A DNA stretch of 63,538 bases, the filler included, from Atractiella rhizophila (lineage: Eukaryota): the NCBI GenBank assembly GCA_021432655.1. It is 8 parts of 7 records of this genome, joined end to end, with 100 filler letters (N's around TTAATTAATTAA, not from the genome) between each part and the next. Parts side by side here need not be neighbours in the genome. Positions count along the whole stretch, not along the records: positions 1 to 7,729 come from MU271585.1; positions 7,830 to 14,554 come from MU271588.1; 6 more parts are not named here. One strand, given 5' to 3'. Both the position numbers and the translations under genes were made by a program. Below are positions 1 to 10,358 of this stretch, piece by piece. The notes under the pieces were generated by a model. The model worked only from the letters and a program-made list of their open reading frames with translations, had not been told where the DNA came from and searched no databases. The stretch's first letter is position 1. Every line of letters begins with the position of its first letter.

Positions 1-1498
1 TTGCTGAAATGCGAGATGTAAACCAGGATCGACCGGAAAGCCCAAGGGTGTCCTTCATACTACCGCTGGATACCTTCTTGGCGCTTGTATCACGGTCAAA
101 TATATTTTCGACGTACATCCAAAGGATATCTTTGCCTGTATGGCTGATGGTTTGTCCTCTTCTTATCTTCTCAAGTCTAAGGTAATCTGATTTCTGCTGT
201 GAAATCAAGTCGGATGGATTACTGGTCACACCTACATCATCTACGGACCCCTCTGCAACGGTGTTACCACCGTCATGTTCGAGTCTACACCTGTCTACCC
301 CACTCCAGCACGGTACTGGGAGACGGTTGAGCGGCACAAGATCACACAATTCTACACCTCTCCCACAGCCATCCGTCTTCTGCGAAGACAGGGAGAGCAA
401 CACACCAAGAACAACAAGATCGACTCCATCCGGACCATCGGCAGCGTCGGTGAGCCCATCAACCCAGAGGCTTGGAATTGGTATTGGGAGCACGTTGGCC
501 AGAAGGAAGCTGCTGTTGTGGACACTTATTGGCAGACCGAGACGGGCAGCATAGTCATTACTCCTCTTCCTGGAGCCACGCGGGTCAAACCTGGTTCTGC
601 TACATTCCCCTTCTTCGGTATCGAACCTGTTCTCCTTGACCCTGTCAGTGGAAAGGTGCGCTCATCTCACTCCTCAATATAACCCCGCAAACTCATGTGT
701 TACTTTGCAGATGGTGGAAGGCGAGAAAGACGTCGAAGGCGTCCTCGCAGTCAAACGTCCCTGGCCATCCATTGCCCGCTCTGTCTGGGGAGACCACGCC
801 AGGTACCTTGAGACCTATATGAAGCCGTACAAGGGCTTCTACTTCACGGGCGACGGTGCCGGAAGGGATAAGGACGGTTACTGGTGGATCCGTGGACGAG
901 TTGACGGTTCGTTTCCATCTCTTCCTTCCTTGCTCTTTGTGGCTGATGGGAATGGAATGTACGCCAGATGTTATCAACGTCTCTGGCCATCGTCTCTCAA
1001 CTGCTGAAATTGAGTCAGCCCTCATTCAACATCCTGGAGTGGCAGAGACTGCCGTTGTCGGCGTTGCTGATGACTTGACCGGCCAAGCCGTTTATGGTCA
1101 GTACTTCCCTTCGATCAGCAGCATATTCGACCCTGAAATTTGACGGATAAAACAGCCTTCGTCACCCTGAAGCCTGAGTTCAAATATGACGAAAACCATG
1201 AAGAAGGGCTTGTGAAGGAGCTCGTCCTCCAAGTTAGGAAGACAATTGGTCCTTTCGCCGCGCCAAAGAAGATCTGCATCGTGCCTGATCTACCGAAGAC
1301 TAGGAGCGGAAAGATAATGAGGAGGATCATGAGAAAGGTGGTTGCTGGGGAAGGAGACCAACTTGGTGACCTTTCGACCCTTGCAGATCCTTCAGTTGTA
1401 GATGCGATTGTGAGCTTTTCGATTCTCTTCTACTGACGAGTATAGACTAATTCGCGTTGCGCCGAAAACAGAAAACAAAAGTTGGGACCATGAAGTAA
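1..1498 (+). CDS. ACS1: Acetyl-CoA synthetase, 3' part, multi-exon, begins upstream of window
   Basis: Spliced exons give [44 protein letters not shown] and [11 protein letters not shown] motifs; last exon 1472-1498 (KTKVGTMK*). Paralog number in the symbol is not resolved. Confidence 0.95.
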
Positions 1499-1883
1499 GG
1501 CGTGTATAATTTAAACAGTGACGGATTTGGGATTGATATTGGTACTCGAACTTTGACTTTGCCTGCTCTCAATTGACTACACTTATCAGTACGACAATTG
1601 TATTTCTTAACATTTGTGCGTGTGCGAATGAAATAGCAATCGAATTATTGAACCTCTATGAAATTTATTACGGTATCGGATGACAAAGAACATCAACGAT
1701 ATCTACTGAAAACTAGGTGGCAGACCCTGCGCCAACTAATCAAAAGCCAAAGTCCCAGATTCTGTCCCATAAACGGAGTCAGAGATGACGGGATGACGAG
1801 CTAATAAACATACCTGACCAGATGACTGATTGTCCCGCTGCCAATACGATCGATATAAAACAGGAAATAAAAGGTGTGCCATA

Positions 1884-2482
1884 TCAAGCCTCATTTCTGG
1901 CAGCTTCTGCCTCCCTCATTGCCTGACAGAGGTGTGTCAAAGGATCGTATCGTCCTAACATCTGTTGTCTGATACGACAATTGGCAAAATGTTCCTGTAT
2001 CCAGCGTCCAGATCAGTCGATGAGTTTGCGCACTCAAGACGGCAGCATTTGCGAACCTTTATGATAGCAGGCCGTTTCTTTGAATTTACGGCTATGCGAT
2101 CCCAGAATAAGGATTAAAATGGTCAGATAGCGAGAAACATTACAGAATCTACAGTCCGTCACACACTCCTGCGCCAACAACCAAGTATTTAGACTTGTCG
2201 TCGGGTGAATCTCAGCCTCTCCCTTCCAACAGCGGTTGAAAGTGCCTGAGGAGAAGGTGATACGTGTAGTGAAGGAGGCCGCCGCTGAATCGCTCGCGGT
2301 AACAAGCTTGAGCAGCGCGTCTTCCGTTATTACTACTCCTAAGGAAGAAGAATAATAGTAGACTACGGAATCCTCGTTTGGTTCTATGCCTTTCAAAAGC
2401 AAAAGAGAACCTTGAATGTCAAAGCCACGCGACAAGCTTAGACAGCTAACTCACGCGTAAAAATTTGGTCGCGCGTTGTCAT
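1884..2482 (-). CDS. Small uncharacterised protein A (139 aa) with putative C2HC zinc finger; paralog of 4077-4584
   Basis: Exons 2482-2455, 2389-2144, 2091-2057, 1994-1884 with GT-AG introns; aligns end to end with gene B; C-x3-C-x15-H-x3-C and KKRP conserved. Confidence 0.8.
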
Positions 2483-4076
2483 CGTCATCCGTCCTCTTTT
2501 CATTTGTTATCATTACCACTACATCCTTCTACAACGATCTTTTAAAGATGTTCTGATGTTGTGAGGTAGGAAGTGTCGGAAGACGAGATTCCACGGCCAA
2601 AACTTCGAGTTTTCAACATCCTGCCTTCCTCCCCGCCGCAGGCCATTGGTAGTTGACTCGTTGAAGCTGAACAGCGCTGAATGTTGGGCCAGCGTTCCCA
2701 GAGCTGCCTGAAACTCGCTCGTTGCACGGATATCCAGAATTTGGCAGGAAACAACAACTGCCGTCTGCGTAGCCTCCGGAGAAAGCGATATGTTGCAAGA
2801 AGGCGCGAAGCCAAATTTCATCGGTGAGATCGCCGTCGGGGAGGAGCTTCGCGTACAACAACTCCCTACAATCCTTTTTGACTGCTTTGCACCGAAGATT
2901 CGACGGCTTGGTGTCATGATTCATCTTGCCCTTTCCCAACAGTGTAGACGAGAAATATGCTAGACCGTTGAAAAGAACTCCCACCTTTGGATCACGATGT
3001 TGCCATGATGTATGATGCCAGTGGTCGCGTCGAAAATGCATGATTTTGTTCTTCCTACACTTTCACTTGTCACTTTTGCATTGTTGCATTGCGGTTCTTG
3101 TAGATCTCGCGTCGGGACTCAGAACTCTCGTTCCCTTTTTCGGACGATTTATCATTCCGTGTACCTTCTGTTGGTGGTTCTGTTTTCGTTTCCAAGCCTC
3201 CTTCCGTGTCATTCGCAGGTCGGGGACTGGCAGCCCGTCACGATCCGTGTGGCACAGCTCGTCTCTGAACTCAACATTGCAGCAGGAGAACTTCGTGCAA
3301 CATAGCTACCGCTCTACTCCGTCAAGGACGGGTGTGCAATTACCGTCGCTGGTCGCTGAGGACTTTGTACTACCAGTATATCTCAGTATCGGTAGCGATG
3401 CCTTCACTCCTCCCCAGTACCACCAGGATGACAGGCAAGAAGCGATTGCATTGATAGGGGAGATGGATGGTCCGAGCAGGTCCGAGACTGATCGCGCCAA
3501 AGCCAGGCATTTGAGGGGGATTGACTCACTTCTGCCTACTATTTGCTGTATAACGGGGATCAACTAGCAAACATTGGTCGTTAGCATGGTCACTTGGCCT
3601 GTAATAGAAGCTAAATAATCAGCTGCTTCGCGCCGTGAATGTAGACATTCGTTTTTTTTTGTGTGGCCATTCGCTTGGGATTTAGGAGTCAGGAAGGCCA
3701 TCACTTGAGCCGACGTGCCATGTATTTCGAAGTCCTCAGAGCTGTAAAGCCGTTGTTAAACGAATTGGCACACGATGGCCGGCCGAACAATGCTTTGCGA
3801 ACCTAGCAAACAGCCTAGTGTGATGAAAAAACATTACTTCGATCAGACGGAAGCCAACATGGTTGTCCTCAACAACCACTGAATGGTATCCAGCATATGC
3901 TCTATGATATCTAGGGCAGAAGAACTTAGAATGCAATGCACACTGCTCTGTCAATATCGGTTAGAGTCATCATCCCTTCATGATTGAGAGTGAAATAAAA
4001 GCACGCGATGGTGGAAAGCGAGGAAGGAACACAAGATCCAGATCCATACTGTGGGGAGCACGGAACACATTGGTAA

Positions 4077-4584
4077 ATGTCAACAAGAAACCAATTATTC
4101 GATAGTGAGATCTTCTCGCTTCCGACTGAAAAGTGTTAAATGAACGGAAAGGGCTCGAGGAGAACAAAGACGACATTGTGTACTACTTCTCCGAATCCCT
4201 CACGCGCCTAATCACAGAGACTGCACTTCTTGACCTTCTTATGGCGGGAGATCCTTTAGCAAGCACCTACGATGTTCGAATCTCCTTTCCTCCTCTCACC
4301 GTTACGCGCTGTTGGGTGGGAGAAAAAGAAATTGACCCCACGAACTCTTTCAATAGCTGGCTATTGGGACAGAGCTGTGTTGGAGTTTGCCGCTTTGGTA
4401 ATTTACTTCCCACCCCCCCTAGACCAAGCTCATTGCTCCTCCAGCGGTAACAAATAAGAAAAGACCAGCTACGATCAAGGAGCATTTTATCAGCTGCAGG
4501 ACGAGGAAACAGATGAATTCAGGGAAATACGACCCTCTTGCACACTTATGCAGAATGATGAAAGAAGCAGGAGGCAGTCGATAG
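4077..4584 (+). CDS. Small uncharacterised protein B (137 aa) with putative C2HC zinc finger; paralog of 1884-2482
   Basis: Exons 4077-4104, 4152-4397, 4445-4584; exon 1 (28 nt) and exon 2 (246 nt) equal gene A's in length, both introns phase 1. Confidence 0.8.
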
Positions 4585-4966
4585 CGAGGACAGCCATCTG
4601 TTTTTCTGTTTTTTCTGTCTGTGGGTTAGTATGTATTCTGTGATATGATCATCCTATCTGAGAAAAGTAGTCTCTCTTGTTTACAATGTGCCATCTCACT
4701 CTTGCGCATTTGCTTCATTGTGACTGTGAGGATGTCTTAAACCCTGCTTACGTTGCCTCCCTATGACTACAGACCTACACGAAGCAGCGTGTTCTGCCGA
4801 ATATGACAGGTTCTGCAGCTTATGCGACGAGAGCGAAGATTGTCTATTCCACCAAATGCTACGGCCAGAATTTGGATCTAACTGGAAACCACTCCTGTTC
4901 GATAGTGCCATTACCACAGAAACTAATATCAACTGTGAAAGGCATACAGGCACTGTTGATCCGTCC

Positions 4967-5143
4967 TCAAGACCCAATACAACGCTTCACTTTGGTTCCC
5001 TCCCATGGGCAATATATGGGACCTTCCGTTGGGCTTGGCCTGCGTTTGGCTATTCTGCTTGTCGGAAGCTCAAGATCTTGAGGAGCAGGGATAGCCGCCA
5101 CGACCATAAGGAGGGGAAAGAGAAAAGCGAGAAACTTCATCAT
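4967..5143 (-). CDS. Small secreted peptide precursor P1 (58 aa)
   Basis: MMKFLAFLFPLLMVVAA signal-peptide-like start, KRR dibasic site, C-terminus PIYCPWEGTKVKRCIGS shared with P2. Confidence 0.8.
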   Translation of the reverse strand: MMKFLAFLFPLLMVVAAIPAPQDLELPTSRIAKRRPSPTEGPIYCPWEGTKVKRCIGS

Positions 5144-6010
5144 CTTCGCATATGGCAAGATCAGCCTGGCAAAGAGAATGAGAGTGGTATGGCTCACAAA
5201 AGCTCAGCACAGAGAGGATTGAATGCTTCCTGAAGTGTTGGGAGCAGAAAATAAATGCCAGGGACACTCGTTCGTCCTTTTAACGATACTCTTTCCGTAC
5301 GTTTGTGGGTCTTCTGAATTGGGAACGACTGCACACGTAACGGCAACAAGGACCGAGCGTCGCGTCATCCAATAGAAATTATCTATTGTGCAAATTGTGT
5401 TGGACAAAAGTTACTGAATTGTTCGGTGAGTGTAAATGTAAAGTAAATTGAACACGAGGCAGGCGTGCTGGTATCTTCTCATGTCAAAACATCTCAACCT
5501 CCGACTTGAGACTGAACTCAAACAGTTATGTTAATGATGCCCTAAAACTTACACAATTCCACGCGGCAAAGGTATCAACAACCTTACTCGCTTTCTAGTC
5601 CACTTAAACGCAACGCGAACCGGAGAAACAGAATCCAAGTAACTTCTCGGACGATGAGCTCTCCTGCTGTGCTCCTCTGGATCAGTCACGAGAATTTTGA
5701 TGAGCCATGTATGTCCCCTTCTTGACACAGTGCAGAGAACGCGTTATCTAAGAATTCACTGCTACGGCACCACCTGATGGAACAATTACAAGTTGTACTC
5801 CTAGCAAATGAAACTATTGCGAAACTGAGCCAGAACAAACGAAGAACCGCATGACGAGAATGAAGAGAGTGACAATGGTCCTTTCCACTGCTCCGCGAAT
5901 TTCAAAGAGTGGAAAGGGGCTTGAGCTTCATCCGAGCAGGATAGGCACTTGTCCATGGCAGTTAGTAAACATTTTGATCTTGACAGATATCTATACATGT
6001 GTGAAGCTCC

Positions 6011-6196
6011 TCAAGAGCCAATGCAGCGCTTCGCCTTAGTCCCGTCCCATGGGCAATACTTGGGACGGTTGGTGAACAGCGGTGTCGTCGTAGTGGCAGT
6101 AGCGGAGGTAGTAGTGGAGGTAGGAACGGTTGCCTTACCAGTTGGTAAAGCTGCGCCAAATGCGACGAGGAAAGAGAGAAGAGCGACGACCTTCAT
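6011..6196 (-). CDS. Small secreted peptide precursor P2 (61 aa)
   Basis: MKVVALLSFLVAFGAA signal-peptide-like start, Thr-rich linker, C-terminus PKYCPWDGTKAKRCIGS shared with P1. Confidence 0.8.
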   Translation of the reverse strand: MKVVALLSFLVAFGAALPTGKATVPTSTTTSATATTTTPLFTNRPKYCPWDGTKAKRCIGS

Positions 6197-7308
6197 GAGC
6201 TTCACGCAGAGAAACAGGTATCAGGCTTTCGGCTCTGATAGAGAGAAGGCAATCAACGCACGAAAACTGCAAACAATGCTATGAATTACTCAGGATGACA
6301 AAGCGTTGAGCAAGGGAGTGCTATCTGCGAAGGAGGTGCCTCTTTTAAGGCAATTTGCAACGTTGGTGGGTCTTCATGAAAGAGCGGACCTGAGCTCTCC
6401 GGAGACGACAAAAACATCCCGCATTCAATTGTCTCCCAGTCCACGGCACTGCCTCCCTCCTGTTCGCTGCCATAAATAGTGAGGTAGGAAGGAAAGTCCA
6501 ACTTTATTCACTTATGAGCAGGATTTACAGAGTAAAACATGCAAACGTAGATCTGACGCGGCGAAACCGAATTATTCAACAGATTGAGTGCCAGATTGAA
6601 CAGTCCACGCACACCAAGGGGACGACAAAACTCTAATTTCTGGCAAGACACTCTTCGCAAGGGGGACACAGGGGGACATTTGCGGGGAACTGTGAAATAT
6701 TTGTGAAATACAATTCTTTGTGCAAGACCAGCCCATGAAACATGCAGAAGCCTCGACCAACGCAACTTCTCTTCCCTCTTCCCTCTTCCGTACTCAAGTA
6801 TTCACCTCTAGCTCACGCTCCAGCGACGCACCACACTCCGTTTTCGAAATTCTCCATTATCTGCACTCCAATTCTTCTTTTTAAAAGCCTGCTACCCCTT
6901 CATTCCGAGTCGGACGCCTCTGGACGCCTCAATCTTCGCTTCAGTCAAGTTCGCAGTGGCCAACACGCCTTTGTAGTCTCCGGTTTGGTTTGCGACGACG
7001 TGTGATGTCACACTGAACAGGAGGACTGTCCCTCGCCACTCCTCATCATCATTCGACTATCGTCTCAGTCTCCCAACACTGTTCATAGTGTTCATAGTGT
7101 TCATAGTCAACTCGACTCCGGCTCGTTCGATTCTCCTCAATCCTCCACGTTTCTCAAAAGCGCTAGGGCTTCTGTATCACCTTTTGATTTCTCGGCTCCC
7201 CTTAATCAAGATCATTGCACTCATGCTCGGCCCACATTACCTCTTCCTCGTCGCTCAGGGCTCGACTCACCTACTCCTTCCTCCTCCAGTTCCCGGTCTC
7301 GATCTCCC

Positions 7309-9876
7309 TTGCAACTCAGTCACTCTCAGACTCCTCTATCATGGACAGGCTCTCACAGCACCCCCACTTCTCCTCGCAAATCTCAACGCTTCCATCCATC
7401 CAAGACCACAGCTCGAACTACAAGCCCCCAACCGACCTTCACCTGCTATCCATCGCAAGTAGGAGAACGATTCTGGGGTGGATATGACGATCATAGCACG
7501 GCCGAGCAGCATGCCGATGCTGAGGGTGGAGTGGCCAGAGAGGGAAGTGCGACGTGGGGCAGAAAGAGAAGGGCGGAAGGCGAGGCAGGAGGTGGAGTTT
7601 CAGCATCAAGACGGAGTCGCTCGACTGAACGGGAAAGAAAGCGCAGGAAGCGTGAACGGGATCGAGGACCGGCAGCAGAGGTATGTCTTCTTTTAAAGAA
7701 GTTTGCTCACAAGGCCTCCCTGACATCAANNNNNNNNNNNNNNNNNNNNNNNNNNNNNNNNNNNNNNNNNNNNTTAATTAATTAANNNNNNNNNNNNNNN
7801 NNNNNNNNNNNNNNNNNNNNNNNNNNNNNAATACGACGCGAGAAAGCGCCGAGAGAGCGCTGGAAGGAGGACAGAGCACATTCGGAGCTACGCAGATGAC
7901 GAGCAGTCCTATGCATTCGCCCACAGTGGGCAATATGACCCTTTCACGAGAACGCGAACATGACCGATTCACATCCAACGAGAATGATCACGATCTACCA
8001 GTTATAGAGGGAGCCGATGCCCCTGCCGCCAACCGAGGTCACCTCTCGGTTCCCTTGGTTTCCTCTCCACCTCTGGCAGACCCAGGAACGAATCGAAATA
8101 CTTGGGCAGCTGGTGATAGAGGAGGCTCGACAGGGTGGGGAGCGGCAGGGAGAGGAGAAACGCCGTTTCGCGCTCGAGTGTTTAGAGGGAGAGGAGGAGG
8201 GATTGGACGCGGAGGCTGGGATGGTTATGGTCATTCATTCGGTTACGAAGCTCACGGAGGAGGAAGTCACTCACGCACCCCGTCCCTACCTGGCTACTAC
8301 TCTGCGACCGGGTCATTTTCAGCTCCGGATATCCTTCAGCCACCTCATTATGATATGCATGAGGCTGCAGCTTCTGACGGAAGAGGACAAAGTCTGCGCG
8401 CACTTGTTGATCCGCACCTTCCTCCTCACATTCATGCCCAATTAGCTGAGCCAACAGAAGAACACATTCACAATCCGTTCGTCTTCAATCTTCGACGGCC
8501 GACCATGGACGAACAACACGCACATTCCCACGAGCATGGGCACGAGCACGAGCAGGTTGAGGGGAGAGGAGCGCATCAGTCTCTCCCTGCGAGCACAGAG
8601 CGGTATCTCCAAGTACCAGGAGAAAACTACTGCCATCCGTCGTCCCATCCCTCCCACACACCGCGTGAAGCCGTCCCCATATCCTACCCGATCCCTCGAT
8701 CCCATCGCTCGGACTCCAACACCTCTCATACCTCTTCACACACACGCATTCAAACGAACGCTCAACCGCAACCTCAAACAGTCCGCAGCCAGCAAGCGTA
8801 TGACCCTAACGAGCAGGAAATATTGAACGCCGATCCATGGCGAGATTACGACTCGCCGATCTCTCCTCGTGCCAGTTCATTTGGTGCGCGTTCGCAGGGT
8901 TCAGCGCTGAGGAATCGGTTGCGTCATAGCGTGAGCCGTATGAGTAGGGAAGAGGCGAGGGAGACCGCGCAGGATGCGGGAGAGGTGCGTTATTCATCTC
9001 TGCAATCATTGCAAAAAGAACGGGTTTCCTGATGCACCTTTCTTGCGGAGTAGGCTCCACCGCGCGATTTTCAAGATCTGGTACAAATTTATACGGTCGT
9101 TTCGGACAGAAGGTCTAGTTTCGATAACGTGCGTTCCACCCCTACTTTTAAACAATGATCTGCCTAATCTCTTTACGGGATAGTTGTTATGGCAAGTTCC
9201 CACGATGGGATTGACTGCCGTATGTCCCCTTTTCATCAATCATCGTAAGATGGTTGGCGTTAACAGCCCTTCTCCTGGTCCAATAGCATGCTTTCCTCTT
9301 TTCCATCGCCCTCGCATCCGACACTTCAAAAGCGGCACGGATCATTTCTTCCGCACTATCCATTCTCATCACCTTCATGACCCTCCACCTCTTCACCCGC
9401 CAATTGCAAGCGGAAGACGCGGATAATAGGTGGTTGGAGGACTTTGAAAAGAGACATCATGTTCGTAACTTCCCCTGCTCAATCCATCATCCCGTGCCGT
9501 GAAGCTGATGTCGTGTTCTTCTAGCTCAACGAGATCGACTGCGCTCATGGAGCGGCGTGGAGCAAGTACCGAAGTCAGCTTCCGACTCGTGCGAGGCATT
9601 TCAAGCATCTTGCAAAGCTACGGTATGCCCTCTCTCCCTTTGGCCTTCCCCGGAGATATATAACACGTCGTTATAGAGGGTTTACCGTTTGGTCGAACGG
9701 TCTTCTCGCGATAGGAGCGACTGGAATCCTTGTCATGATACTATCCATCTTCAACCACTCAGTCCTCATCGGCTGCTCCTGTGGTGGAGGATCGGGTGGT
9801 AGCGGGTCCGGAGGGGTTTCACACTTTACGTGCCCTTATAAACATTAGGATAGATCGATTGGACGGTGGAGGATAG
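7309..9876 (+). CDS. Hypothetical membrane protein: long disordered Ser/His/Arg-rich N-terminus plus C-terminal ~3-TM domain; start uncertain, crosses a linker gap
   Basis: Low-complexity ORFs 7309-7681 and 7896-8984, then spliced exons from 9054, 9184, 9287, ~9525 and ~9678 give FDNLLWQVP..AFLF.IAL, ARIISSALSILITF and W..GLLAIG segments ending TAG 9874-9876. Link to the pre-gap ORF is unproven. Confidence 0.7.
7730..7829. other. Artificial contig linker (44 N + TTAATTAATTAA + 44 N); same linker at 14555-14654, 44851-44950, 52180-52279, 54741-54840, 57294-57393, 61033-61132
   Basis: Identical 100-bp structure seven times; the 12-mer places stops in all six frames. Confidence 0.97.
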
Positions 9877-10358
9877 GATGGAAATTGCTGTTTGGTCTTG
9901 AAAGTGGACGTGATGAAGGATGATATTTGATGATACCTTGGATACCAGCAGTGCGTTACATATCTTATTCTCTTATCTAGAGAGCTGCAATCGTTTTTGC
10001 TCTTGAAGGAATCATCATATGAGTTCAAGCACAAGTGGCCCGTGCGAATGATTCTAAGATTTAACTTTTCAGGCTTAGCGATTTCTTTGATTCCTCTGCA
10101 CGACAATATCCCATTAAATTTCCATTGAGAGCCCAAACAATCGATAGAAAGACAGAAAGATGTTCAAGAAACTAGCTGCGCATGAATCGTGAAGAGGAAT
10201 ATCAAGACGTACTCGCATTACTTATTCTGGTCGTCAGGGTCCAGTTTAAAGAGGATAGCCTACTGTTGATGGCTGGTACACACTTCTTCAAAATCTTATC
10301 ATGTCATAACAAATCGTGGCAACAGAAAGAGCCAAATGAGGTGTTTAGGTTCTTCTCG

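Noticed and set aside
2519..3567. Several 90-175 aa ORFs between genes A and B
   Set aside because: Mutually overlapping on both strands, with no recognisable motif or consistent splice model.
4763..5233. 156-aa plus-strand Cys-rich ORF
   Set aside because: Overlaps P1 antisense, and the synonymous-change pattern supports the minus-strand frame.
4964..6013. Conserved TCT TGA GGA in both peptide genes as selenocysteine or readthrough
   Set aside because: Downstream in-frame sequences share no similarity beyond one codon and no SECIS-like element was evident.
7774..7785. Recurrent TTAATTAATTAA palindrome as a biological motif
   Set aside because: Always centred in a 100-bp N block; an assembly linker.
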